A stretch of 64,000 nt of DNA from Candidatus Daviesbacteria bacterium. GTDB lineage: Bacteria > Patescibacteriota > Microgenomatia > Daviesbacterales > UBA10151. The stretch spans positions 8,925 through 72,924 of the forward strand of contig JACPKL010000012.1 in NCBI GenBank assembly GCA_016187035.1. The letters are read 5' to 3'. Positions 42,825 through 51,819 of the stretch are shown here, in pieces. Position numbers and translations under genes: made by a program. Below the pieces are notes generated by a model. It was not told the DNA's origin, ran no database searches, and saw nothing but the letters and a program-made list of their open reading frames with translations. The stretch's first letter is position 1. Each line of letters opens with the position of its first letter.

Positions 42825-43655
42825 TTACTTGCCCCTTTTAGCTTCTATAGCGCGGTTTGTAGCAATTCCTATGTTGGCAAAACCGATTCCTCCATCAACA
42901 TCCAAAATGGCTCCAGTAGCAAATGCGCCGCGAGGGCTGCAAAAATTGACTACATAATAAGCTACTTCACCTGTAGTGCCAATTCTTCCCAATGGTGTAT
43001 GTTCAGCAATTATTGCCTTGGTGCTTTCATCCAAAAATTCCGTCATATCAGTTTCAGCATATCCGGGATTGAGCTGGTTAACTCTAATATTTCGACCTGC
43101 TAGTTCTAATGCCAAACTTCTTGTGACACCTATTAAAGCTGCTTTAGAAGCAACATAAGGAATTTGGCCTCGATTTCCATATGGGCCAACTACACTTCCG
43201 ACATTTACAACAGCTCCTCCCTGCTCTCTGGGAAATAACCTGTAAAGTCCTTTCGTTAATTCCCACGCTGTACGTGCATTAACATCCATCACTTCATTCC
43301 ATTCAGCTCTAGCTATTGCACTAAAAGGTTTTCTAACTAAAGCCCCTGCATTATTTACTAAAGCGTTAAGTTGGCCGCACTCCCCTTTAATGAATCTATA
43401 AAGTTGACCTTGTACTACTTCATCAGTTAAATCTCCCTGAAACCAAAAGCCTTTGCTGCCCCTATCCTGTAATTCTCCCAGTATTCTTTCTGCCTGATCC
43501 GCGTTTTTAGCATCACGAGACATAATTACCACACCGGCTGCGCCTCGATTGGCAAATTCCTTGGCAATTGCTGATCCGTATCCTTTTAATCGGGCGCTTC
43601 CGGTAACAGCGACAAACATACCTGAAAATTCATGATTTAGAAATTCAGCTGACAT
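42825..43655 (-). CDS. SDR family 3-oxoacyl-reductase (FabG-like)
   Basis: NNAG, the catalytic YVASKAAL (YxxxK) and the PGYAETDM motif. Confidence 0.75.
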   Translation of the reverse strand: MSAEFLNHEFSGMFVAVTGSARLKGYGSAIAKEFANRGAAGVVIMSRDAKNADQAERILGELQDRGSKGFWFQGDLTDEVVQGQLYRFIKGECGQLNALVNNAGALVRKPFSAIARAEWNEVMDVNARTAWELTKGLYRLFPREQGGAVVNVGSVVGPYGNRGQIPYVASKAALIGVTRSLALELAGRNIRVNQLNPGYAETDMTEFLDESTKAIIAEHTPLGRIGTTGEVAYYVVNFCSPRGAFATGAILDVDGGIGFANIGIATNRAIEAKRGK

Positions 43656-43731
43656 GCTATTTAATTAATTAACATACCCTATAAGATCATGTCAAGTGGT
43701 ATATTTTACATAAATGGTAGAATAAGAATCT

Positions 43732-45435
43732 ATGTTTTGGCTGAAGATTTTTCTATGCCTTTCCCTTTATACTGTATACTCTATACTTTATACTCCTTTG
43801 GCTTTTGCCATAGTTGACCCCTTATCTGTACCTAATAATAAATATGGGATTCATATTATTCAGGCTACTCCTGAGGAATCATCCCCTGCTGCCCAGCTGG
43901 TGAACAGCTCTGAAGGGAACTGGGGTTATATTACAGTCTTAATAGAAGGTAAAGATAAAAATAAAGATAAATGGCAAGCTTTTTTTGATGATTTAAGAAG
44001 AAGACATCTGATTCCCATTGTCAGGTTAGCCACTATTCCTGATGGAAACTTCTGGAAAAGGCCTGATGAGGGTGAGGCAAAGGTCTGGGCTGATTTTTTG
44101 GATTCATTAAACTGGCCTGTTAAAAATAGGTATGTGATTATTTATAATGAGCCTAACCATGCTGCAGAATGGGGAAATTTTGTTGACGCCAAATCTTACG
44201 CAAAAGTATTAGATCAGACTATCACAGCGCTTAAAGGTAAAAACCAGGACTTTTTTGTACTCAATGCAGGATTAGATGCTTCTGCTCCTCATGAGTTACC
44301 TAATTATCAGGATCAAGTATCTTTTATGACTCAAATGAATGAAGCAGCGCCGGGGATTTTTGAAGAACTAGATGGTTGGGTGTCACATTCATATCCTAAT
44401 CCAGGTTTTGTGGGTTCTCCTGATGCTAATGGCAGGGGTACAGTCAGAACCTTTCTTTGGGAACTGCAGCAACTTAAGAATTTAGGGGTAACTAAAAATT
44501 TACCTGTATTTATCACGGAAACAGGCTGGAAACATGCTGAAGGACTTATCTTTGATTCCAGATTACCTAAAGCAGAGAATCTTTCTGATTATTATATCAA
44601 TGCTTTTACAAATGCCTGGCAGTCTTCTCGAATTGTGGCAGTTACCCCTTTTTTATTAAATTACCAGCAGTCTCCTTTTGATCATTTTTCTTTTAAAGAT
44701 ACCAGCTCACAATTCTATCCCTTCTACCAACAAATTATGAGCTTGCCCAAGATTGCTGGAAAACCAGTTCAAGACAGACTGGCTAAACTGGTTAAAGGTG
44801 AAATTTACTCATCAATAGTGGCAGGAGAAACTTATACCCTTTTCTTAACATTTAAAAACACGGGTCAATCAATTTGGAATGATGAGACGGTTACCTCTTT
44901 AATTCCTTTAGAAGGTGGTGCAGAGCTCGGGATCAGTAAAGTAGAAATACCCAAAGAGGTAAAAGTAGAACCAGGTAAAGAATATACATTTAATATTAAT
45001 CTCAAAGCTCCCCAAAAAGGTTCATTTAAAATTAAATTAAACCTGTTTTCAGATGCTCAACAATTTGACTCAAAGCCTCTGGAATTTACTACAGAAGTTA
45101 AATTACCTGTAATTTTACAGGTATTAGGGAACTTAAAATGGAAAAAGTCACCTGCTGCTGATTATGTCCTTAGAGTAAGTGGAGTAGTGGGAGATTCTGT
45201 CCAGAAAATCAATTTGGATTCTGAAGGTAAATCTCCTAAGACAGAAGCAAGGTATTTATTACCTGACTATTCTTTTGGTTTTACTTTAGAAAAACCATAT
45301 TATTATCCAAAGACTTTACATCAAACATTAAAAACAGGGGTAAATGTGTTAGACTTTGGTACTTTGCAACCAGCTCTGCTGCCAGCCCTTTTACATCCTG
45401 CAGAGTTTTGGAAGCTCCTGCCTTGGTCAAATTAG
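43732..45435 (+). CDS. secreted clan GH-A (GH5-like) glycoside hydrolase with C-terminal beta-sandwich domains
   Basis: Signal/anchor, then IIYNEPNHAAEWG (acid/base NEP motif) and FITETGW (nucleophile Glu context). The C-terminal ~230 aa is beta-rich. Confidence 0.55.
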   Translation: MFWLKIFLCLSLYTVYSILYTPLAFAIVDPLSVPNNKYGIHIIQATPEESSPAAQLVNSSEGNWGYITVLIEGKDKNKDKWQAFFDDLRRRHLIPIVRLATIPDGNFWKRPDEGEAKVWADFLDSLNWPVKNRYVIIYNEPNHAAEWGNFVDAKSYAKVLDQTITALKGKNQDFFVLNAGLDASAPHELPNYQDQVSFMTQMNEAAPGIFEELDGWVSHSYPNPGFVGSPDANGRGTVRTFLWELQQLKNLGVTKNLPVFITETGWKHAEGLIFDSRLPKAENLSDYYINAFTNAWQSSRIVAVTPFLLNYQQSPFDHFSFKDTSSQFYPFYQQIMSLPKIAGKPVQDRLAKLVKGEIYSSIVAGETYTLFLTFKNTGQSIWNDETVTSLIPLEGGAELGISKVEIPKEVKVEPGKEYTFNINLKAPQKGSFKIKLNLFSDAQQFDSKPLEFTTEVKLPVILQVLGNLKWKKSPAADYVLRVSGVVGDSVQKINLDSEGKSPKTEARYLLPDYSFGFTLEKPYYYPKTLHQTLKTGVNVLDFGTLQPALLPALLHPAEFWKLLPWSN

Positions 45436-45524
45436 ATTAGCTCCACATCTTCTTTTAATTTACCTGCTTTTCCTCCCTAGTTTTTATACCAATCAGATCC
45501 TTTTTGGCTCATATTTGTAATGAA

Positions 45525-46241
45525 TTAATCATTTTCGCACCAAGTATAGTGACATTCCTTGACACTTAAAACCACTTCTTTTAGTATTTCAGATATATTC
45601 TGGACACCCGATCCATAGACTGGTTCTGCTTCTATTACTGAAATATTCAGTTTATCTGATGGGATATACTTTGGGTTGGTGAGCATAAAAATGTACCAGT
45701 CAATCTTCCTGCCGCTATACATTCCATCACCAGCAAGCTTACCTTGTAGGTGATAAATTTTATCAAAGTATTTATTAGTTAAAATTTCTTCTTTAGTATT
45801 AATTAGACTACTCTTTTCCTCACTCAAACGTTTATTAAATTGTTCCTCAGGATTGGGTAGACCATTTTTAACAGTAATTTTTATGTCCGCTGTTGAACCT
45901 TCTCCTGTACTAATAACAAATGGTTTACTACCCATCAATATTTCATTTGATTCTAAACCAGTATCAACAACATGCCATCCTTGTGGATATTTAAATTCAA
46001 GACCAGATACAGCTACGTCTGTCTCTATCCATCGTGAAGATGGTACAGTAGATGTTGATTGAGGCATTGAAGTTGTGTTCGGAACTTGAACACCAGAGGA
46101 TGCAGATGGAGAAGCTTTGTTCAAATAAAAACCACCTTTTCCATAAAAGTATGCTCCAGTACCCACTACAAGAATTAGTATTATTACTCCAATTATTGGT
46201 AGAAAATATCCTTTTTGTTTTAGATTATTATTAGGTTCCAT
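45525..46241 (-). CDS. membrane-anchored extracytoplasmic protein
   Basis: N-terminal TM helix YFLPIIGVIILILVVGTGAYFY followed by a S/T-rich linker. Confidence 0.5.
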   Translation of the reverse strand: MEPNNNLKQKGYFLPIIGVIILILVVGTGAYFYGKGGFYLNKASPSASSGVQVPNTTSMPQSTSTVPSSRWIETDVAVSGLEFKYPQGWHVVDTGLESNEILMGSKPFVISTGEGSTADIKITVKNGLPNPEEQFNKRLSEEKSSLINTKEEILTNKYFDKIYHLQGKLAGDGMYSGRKIDWYIFMLTNPKYIPSDKLNISVIEAEPVYGSGVQNISEILKEVVLSVKECHYTWCEND

Positions 46242-46448
46242 AATTTTATTATTTCAGTTTTTATATCGAATTGCAAGTTTATTTTAACTTTATTTTTAAG
46301 TAAGTGGTTTGTATAGTTTGGTTTGAGATATTAATGAACTGCATCTTGATTATTTTCTATTGCTCCTTGTAACTTTTTATCTTTTGGATTATTTGCATGG
46401 AGTTTTTTTATCTCTTTTAAGGTTAATTTTTTAAATCCTTTCATAGTT

Positions 46449-46979
46449 TTATTTGGCAAACTGCAAAATTTGAGCTTTCTTTAGAATGATATAACGAGAA
46501 CAATTCTTCGTAAGAGCGCGGCTTATGAAGTTTTCAAAACCAACGTAAATAATTTCTTTCTTCTCATCCTTGGCGGTTTGAATAGCAGGCAACAAATCAG
46601 TGTCTGAAGATATTAAGTAACATTTATAAAATTCGTTCTTAATTGATCCGCGTACTATGTCTACAGCAATCTGTACATCAACACCCTTTTCATGAAATTT
46701 GCCGTTAGATAGCAAAAGATAGCCTAACTTAATTTCAATATTTTGATTTCTTAAATGAGTAAACAGTTTCTGTTGATTTGCGTAAAGAGTTTCTGATTTT
46801 TTGTTATTCTCATATTGCCTAATTTCACCAGTATAATATACTACTTTATCTGGTGTAGTTTTAGTGATTGATTTCACTAAACCAATATAATCAAAAGTTA
46901 TAAGGTGGATGTCTCGATCAATCCGCTTTACTTTATTATAGAAGTTGCTTCCGTCAAATTGAACTAATATCTTGGACAC
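46449..46979 (-). CDS. NYN (LabA-like) domain protein, paralog of 19811..20350
   Basis: VQFDGSNFYNK ... HEKGVDVQIAVDIV ... ISSDTDLLPAIQTA. Confidence 0.75.
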   Translation of the reverse strand: MSKILVQFDGSNFYNKVKRIDRDIHLITFDYIGLVKSITKTTPDKVVYYTGEIRQYENNKKSETLYANQQKLFTHLRNQNIEIKLGYLLLSNGKFHEKGVDVQIAVDIVRGSIKNEFYKCYLISSDTDLLPAIQTAKDEKKEIIYVGFENFISRALTKNCSRYIILKKAQILQFAK

Positions 46980-47012
46980 TCTCTGATTTTAAAGGATAGG
47001 AGAGGTTTCTGC

Positions 47013-47046
47013 AAATAAAAACCCCTAGCTCGAGTTGAACTAGGGG
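47013..47046 (-). terminator. intrinsic terminator (minus strand)
   Basis: On the minus strand, cccctag / ctagggg form a stem with an 11-nt loop, followed by TTTTTATTT. Confidence 0.5.
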
Positions 47047-47146
47047 GAGTTAGGATTTAATAATATCATAAGTTGTCAGAAAATTCAACTCATGATGTGT
47101 GGGTATAGATATCTAATTTGCTATAGTTTGTACTATTTTGTCCTAG

Positions 47147-47175
47147 TTGACAAGATATAAATAAAGTTATATAAA
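47147..47175 (+). promoter_or_regulatory. orphan plus-strand promoter TTGACA-17-TATAAA
   Basis: TTGACA 47147..47152 and TATAAA 47170..47175. No ORF follows before the hairpin plus T-run at 47252..47275. Confidence 0.35.
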
Positions 47176-47251
47176 TATAGAACCTGTTAAAATCTTTCGC
47201 AAGATAGATTTTGCATCAGCCTAAAAAACTGATAAATACAGGTCTCTAAGG

Positions 47252-47275
47252 ATCCCGTCGCAAGGCGGGATTTTT
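47252..47275 (+). terminator. hairpin plus T5 (plus strand), overlapping the stop codon of the sigma gene
   Basis: atcccg / cgggat stem with an 8-nt loop, followed by ttttt. Confidence 0.4.
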
Positions 47276-47780
47276 AGTATTGTCTGGGATCTAACAAATC
47301 CCTCATTTTTCGACGAGCTTGATATTGAAGCGCTCTTACAGCAGCCTCAGACCGGTCAGTAATCTGAGCAGTTTCTCGGATAGATCTCCCGTTAACGCAA
47401 CGCTCGTACAATACTCTTCTCTGAAGACTGGTCAGCTCCCTATCATATGTATCTTGTATTTCCTGAAATGTCTCGCGTTTAATTGCTATCTCTTCAGGAG
47501 TGGGAGCAGGGTCTACTAGGACTGCTGACAGGTCAACCGCCTGCCTGCGTCCCTTCCTTCTGAAGTGATCAACTAGTAGATGATAAGCTGTCCTGTTAAC
47601 ACAAGCCCCAAGGTTTACCCCTGGTCCTTCTTCCAAGTGGCCATAATGTTCCCAAACCCTTGTAAAAACCTCAGCAGCTAAATCCGCGCCAACCTCCGGA
47701 TCTCCTGTTTTAAAAGCTAAATACCTTTGGACTGGGCCTATACTCTTCTCATATAATTCTGCATATCGATCTGGGCTCAT
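47274..47780 (-). CDS. ECF-type sigma-70 family RNA polymerase sigma factor
   Basis: Region 2 (DLAAEVFTRVWEHYGHL) and region 4 HTH (LTSLQRRVLYERCVNGRSIRETAQITDRSEAAVRALQYQARRKMR). G+C-richer than its neighbours. Confidence 0.8.
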   Translation of the reverse strand: MSPDRYAELYEKSIGPVQRYLAFKTGDPEVGADLAAEVFTRVWEHYGHLEEGPGVNLGACVNRTAYHLLVDHFRRKGRRQAVDLSAVLVDPAPTPEEIAIKRETFQEIQDTYDRELTSLQRRVLYERCVNGRSIRETAQITDRSEAAVRALQYQARRKMRDLLDPRQY

Positions 47781-47876
47781 TCTCGGTATTCTAGCATATA
47801 GATCAAAATTTTGACAGTCAAGGGTTCATCTGATTAGTAGAGATTCACCAAAGAAGCTGGTAAAATACCATAACAT

Positions 47877-47952
47877 GGTGGCTGTAGTTCAGTGGTAGAA
47901 CATCAGTTTGTGGAACTGAATGTCGGGGGTTCAATTCCCCTCAGCCACCCCA
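47877..47952 (+). tRNA. tRNA-His (GTG) with encoded G-1 and CCA
   Basis: G-GTGGCTGTAGTTCAGTGGTAGAACATCAGTTTGTGGAACTGAATGTCGGGGGTTCAATTCCCCTCAGCCAC-C-CCA, with the anticodon loop TTGTGGA. Confidence 0.9.
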
Positions 47953-47977
47953 AACATATTTAGCCCCAGATTGAAAA

Positions 47978-49303
47978 TTATTTTGTAGTTACCTTTTTTG
48001 GGGTGATCAATATTTTATCTATCCTGTTGCCATCCATATCCATTACCTCAAACTTAAAATCTGTCCATTCCACTTTATCCCCGGAAGCAGGAATATGCCC
48101 AAGCCTATACATAATAAAACCTCCAACAGTGTGAAACACCCCTGATTTCTCATCAGGAAGTTTTTTTATATGAAAATAATCTTTAAATTCATCTATAGGT
48201 ACTAAACCGTCAACAAGGTACGTTCCATCTTCCCGTTTTGTTATTTCACGCTCATCTAACTCATCAATAGTAGGAATATCACCAACAATTGCCTCTAAGA
48301 TATCTGTTATAGATAGCAGTCCCTGAATATTGCCATACTCATCAACTACCACCGCCATATGAATTCCTGACTTTTTAAATAGTTCCAATACTTTTAACCC
48401 ATCCATACTTTCAGGTACAAAAAGAGGCTTATGGATAAACTTTTGCAGTTCGATCTTTTCTTCCAAAAGAAAGTGGGTCAATATATCTTCCGCTCTAACT
48501 ACGCCCACAATCTTATCAAGATTATCCCTGCATACCGGAAAATGAGCATGAGGATGTTTAGCGATTTTGTTCCTTAGTGTTTTAAAAGGGCTGTCGAGTC
48601 CAAGCCAAACAATCTCTTTCCTGGAAGTCATGAGGGTGTTTACTTTTTTATCAGATAATTTCAGGGTTCTTTCAACAATATCTTTTTCTGCAATATTAAA
48701 AATACCAGCCCTTGTTCCTTCTCCTATCAACATTCTAATTTCTTCTCCGCTAACAATAGGTTCACCTGATTGCCTAATTTGTAACAGACGCAGTACCCAA
48801 TCTGAGGAAAAGGTTAATAAACTAACAAGAGGAGAAGCAATAGAAGATAAAAAATTCATTGGATAAACCATAAATTTAGAGATTGTTTCAGGGTTATTTA
48901 AAGCTATTCTTTTTGGAACAAGTTCTCCTATAATCAGGGAAAGATAGGTAATAAATGCCACAACAAGTAAAATTGCAATACCTTCAGCGTATGGAGCTAT
49001 AAAAGATACACTCTCCAACGCAACGGATAAACTTTTGGCAATTGTTTCACCTCCAAAAGCGCCGGCAAAAATACCTACAAAAGTAATACCAATTTGCACT
49101 GTTGAAAGAAACCTGCTGGGAGATTGGGTCAGCTCTAATACTGCCTGTGCATTTTTACTTCCCTCATTTGCTTGTTGTTTAAGCCTTGATTTACGCGCAG
49201 AAACTATAGCAATTTCTGCCATGGCTAAAACTCCGTTGAGTATAATAAGTAACAAAATAATGATAATTTCCATATTTAAAACGAGATAATTATACTCTAT
49301 CAA
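47978..49303 (-). CDS. CNNM/TlyC-family hemolysin-like protein (DUF21, CBS pair, CorC_HlyC)
   Basis: N-terminal 4-TM DUF21 (GELVPKRIAL), a CBS pair and a C-terminal transporter-associated domain (LVDGLVPIDEF...GGFIMYRLGHIP). Confidence 0.8.
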   Translation of the reverse strand: MIEYNYLVLNMEIIIILLLIILNGVLAMAEIAIVSARKSRLKQQANEGSKNAQAVLELTQSPSRFLSTVQIGITFVGIFAGAFGGETIAKSLSVALESVSFIAPYAEGIAILLVVAFITYLSLIIGELVPKRIALNNPETISKFMVYPMNFLSSIASPLVSLLTFSSDWVLRLLQIRQSGEPIVSGEEIRMLIGEGTRAGIFNIAEKDIVERTLKLSDKKVNTLMTSRKEIVWLGLDSPFKTLRNKIAKHPHAHFPVCRDNLDKIVGVVRAEDILTHFLLEEKIELQKFIHKPLFVPESMDGLKVLELFKKSGIHMAVVVDEYGNIQGLLSITDILEAIVGDIPTIDELDEREITKREDGTYLVDGLVPIDEFKDYFHIKKLPDEKSGVFHTVGGFIMYRLGHIPASGDKVEWTDFKFEVMDMDGNRIDKILITPKKVTTK

Positions 49304-49411
49304 AATTCTTTTAGGATCTTAATGAGGGTTTGAATACTATCCCAATTATGTATTGATATTGGAATAACCTTTGGTAATAATTTCTGCTTCATCTGCTAAC
49401 ATAGGGAATAT

Positions 49412-49861
49412 TTAAGAAGTTAGGGAATTAAAAAGTTTTTTAGCCTCGATGTCCCGTTTCTTAGCATTGATAACGCGCTCACCTACCACAATGTCACGCT
49501 TTATTTGAGAGGTAAGCGGCAATTTCAAAGCTTCATTGAATGTAAACCAGGTAAGGTTTCCGTTCTTTAAATGGTTAAACCTTTTAATATTTTTCACCTC
49601 AGCATAAAAAACATAGTTAAATTTATTTCTTGTATTATGAAGATAGTCGTAAACAGGGTATATATCTTTTGGCTTTAGGTCAAGGTTTAATAACTTATTT
49701 ATTATTCGTTTAAAAATAACCACAGCTTCCTCTCCTTCTACGTCTTCTTCTTCCATCGTAGACCACAAAGACTGGTCTGTTTCTGACCTAGATTGCACCA
49801 AAAGAATCTGGTTAGTTTTTGGATTATAGAGGAATCCGCTTACATAAAAGGGAGTTTGCAC
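49412..49861 (-). CDS. NUDIX-fold-like protein with degenerate Nudix box (tentative)
   Basis: YVSGFLYNPKTNQILLVQ ... GEEAVVIFKRIINKLLNL loosely follows GX5EX7REUXEEXGU. Confidence 0.3.
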   Translation of the reverse strand: MQTPFYVSGFLYNPKTNQILLVQSRSETDQSLWSTMEEEDVEGEEAVVIFKRIINKLLNLDLKPKDIYPVYDYLHNTRNKFNYVFYAEVKNIKRFNHLKNGNLTWFTFNEALKLPLTSQIKRDIVVGERVINAKKRDIEAKKLFNSLTS

Positions 49862-49882
49862 TTACGTAGTATACCACAAAAC

Positions 49883-50221
49883 TTAAGAGCAGTTGATACA
49901 AAATATAGTCAGGGGAATTGCCTGGAGTCTTTCTATACCAATTGTTTTACCACAAGATTCACAGGTACCATAAGTTCCGTTTTTAACCTTTTGCAGAGAC
50001 CGATTAATTTTATCTAAGGTTTCCTGAAAACTGCGTTTTACGATAAACAGCCTGCTATTTCTTTCAAATTTAATAGCAGCTGAAGCAATTTCTTCACTGT
50101 CTATCATAACCCCACTAAATTGTATCTCTTCATAATCCATCTCTTTTAAATATGACTCTAATTGATCCTTTTTCTGCAAAAGAGAATTTTCCAATGCAAC
50201 TTTATCCATTTCCATTAACAC
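49883..50221 (-). CDS. DksA/TraR-family C4 zinc-finger protein
   Basis: CESCGKTIGIERLQAIPLTIFCINC. Confidence 0.75.
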   Translation of the reverse strand: MLMEMDKVALENSLLQKKDQLESYLKEMDYEEIQFSGVMIDSEEIASAAIKFERNSRLFIVKRSFQETLDKINRSLQKVKNGTYGTCESCGKTIGIERLQAIPLTIFCINCS

Positions 50222-50294
50222 TAATTAATATTAAATGGGAATTGTAAGAAATCAATAAAAATATACTAAGAGATAGGTAAAACAAGTTTGCTAC

Positions 50295-50561
50295 TCAGTT
50301 TTTCTTCTCGGTTAGCTTTTTAGGACTTTTTTTAGCCTCATCAAGGGCTCTTTCGCCTCTTTCCCTTAAATCCATTGCTACTTTGGTAATTTCTTGGAAT
50401 ATTTTATTACCTTCTTTTTGCATATCTCCTAGAGCTTTTTCTGCTTTTTTCCTTGTTTTTTCATCAGACAAAGCTATAGCTGCTGCAGCTGCTGCTGCTC
50501 CAATCACTGCTCCAGCTACTCCCGTTGCCCAAGGGCTTGCCCCTTTTTTTTCATCAGCCAT
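50295..50561 (-). CDS. YtxH-like small protein
   Basis: Gly/Ala-rich hydrophobic N-terminus (GVAGAVIGAAAAAAAIAL) followed by a charged helix. Confidence 0.5.
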   Translation of the reverse strand: MADEKKGASPWATGVAGAVIGAAAAAAAIALSDEKTRKKAEKALGDMQKEGNKIFQEITKVAMDLRERGERALDEAKKSPKKLTEKKN

Positions 50562-50565
50562 ATTA

Positions 50566-50790
50566 TCACCCCCTTCTTTTAAAAAATCCGCTAAAGATTG
50601 CTATTAATGCTCCTGGTATTGCTGCCAATATTTTCAAACCTGCTTTTCTTTCTAAATCGTTTGTGAAATTAGTCAGGGATCTTAAAGCTTTAACAAAATA
50701 ATAAGTAATATATACAACACATGATGTAACTACCAGTAAACTTAATATTAAAAATATATTTAGTATTTCCTGGCTGGTCATCATTAGCAT
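50566..50790 (-). CDS. small membrane protein (DUF948-like, tentative)
   Basis: 74 aa with an N-terminal TM helix, in tandem with the YtxH-like gene. Confidence 0.4.
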   Translation of the reverse strand: MLMMTSQEILNIFLILSLLVVTSCVVYITYYFVKALRSLTNFTNDLERKAGLKILAAIPGALIAIFSGFFKRRG

Positions 50791-50826
50791 TATACCATTA
50801 TCTATGGTAGAATTATTATTAAGTTT

Positions 50827-51192
50827 ATGACTGAAGTTTTATCACTTATTCCTACTACAGTCTTAGGTTATTATACATTTAAGGCAACCAGCCATCCTAC
50901 CTCTAGAATTAGAAAGAGGATGCCTAATGTTAAACTAAAGAGAGTTCAGGTATTCCCTGTTTTAAGGGTATATTTATTTGGCAGGGTTTTTCATCTGCAC
51001 CATTGGTTTCTTTTTTCTATTTTGCTTATATTATCTATCTTTGCCTCAATTGGGATATTGGATTTGGTGTTTACCAGGGGTATGCTGTTGGGAGGTATTA
51101 TTCAGGGTTTAACTTTGCCAAAAGGCCACAGGAAAATAGTTTACAGGGATTTTTCTTATGAAAGTTTAGTTTCACCTTCAGAACGTAAGTAA
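50827..51192 (+). CDS. hypothetical membrane protein
   Basis: 121 aa with 2-3 hydrophobic helices. Confidence 0.4.
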   Translation: MTEVLSLIPTTVLGYYTFKATSHPTSRIRKRMPNVKLKRVQVFPVLRVYLFGRVFHLHHWFLFSILLILSIFASIGILDLVFTRGMLLGGIIQGLTLPKGHRKIVYRDFSYESLVSPSERK

Positions 51193-51196
51193 TTCC

Positions 51197-51781
51197 ATGA
51201 TTGTGCTTACTGGTAAAACAGCATCAGGAAAAGATACCATTGCTTATAAATTACTGTTAAAATACCCGTTACTTAAAAGAGTTATCACTACAACTTCGCG
51301 TATTCCAAGAAAAGATGAAACAAATGGCAAGGATTATTATTTTCTAACCAGGGAAGAATTTAATGAAAAAATTAAAAATGGAGAGTTTGCAGAATATGTT
51401 GGTTACGGAGGGAATCTATACGGGACTTTTAAAAAAGAACTGGAACAAGCCTTAATCTCGGACACTCTTTGGAGAATAGATCCATCAAGGGCAGGAGAAG
51501 TTCGGGAGTTTATTAAAAGAACATTTCCTTCTGGGGAGGCACAAGATTTAATTCAGAGAGTAGTTGTTATTTATATTACTACAGCTGACAAAGTTATCCT
51601 TGAAAGACTCAAAAATAGAGGTTTATCTGAATCTGAAATTATAAAGAGAATGAATGATGATAATAAAATCTGGCAAAAGTATAGCCAAAAATATGACTTT
51701 GTAGTAGAAAATGCGCCGGGTAGACTGGATCAAACCCTCAACAAAATTATCAGTATTCTAGGTTCAAACCCCAGGGGTTGA
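51197..51781 (+). CDS. gmk: guanylate kinase
   Basis: P-loop GKTASGKDT and TTTSRIPRKDETNGKDYYFLTREEF. The C-terminal SNPRG and the stop codon are encoded by a family-3 repeat. Confidence 0.8.
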   Translation: MIVLTGKTASGKDTIAYKLLLKYPLLKRVITTTSRIPRKDETNGKDYYFLTREEFNEKIKNGEFAEYVGYGGNLYGTFKKELEQALISDTLWRIDPSRAGEVREFIKRTFPSGEAQDLIQRVVVIYITTADKVILERLKNRGLSESEIIKRMNDDNKIWQKYSQKYDFVVENAPGRLDQTLNKIISILGSNPRG

Positions 51782-51807
51782 ATAGCTTTGAACCCCTGGA
51801 ATTAGCC
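51762..51807 (+). repeat. interspersed repeat family 3, full copy
   Basis: gttcaaaccccaggggttgaatagctttgaacccctggaattagcc. Confidence 0.85.
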
Positions 51808-51819
51808 TTATTTTATTTC

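Noticed and set aside
46332-46445. A 37-codon minus-strand ORF (MKGFKKLTLKEIKKLHANNPKDKKLQGAIENNQDAVH) starting 3 nt after the NYN gene stop.
   Set aside because: It may be real, but it is very short and lysine-rich and has no recognisable motif. There is not enough evidence to call it.
51778-51819. N-terminal extension MNSFEPLELALFYF of the adaptor protein ORF.
   Set aside because: It is encoded by the family-3 repeat. The signal-anchor sequence starts at the ATG at 51820.
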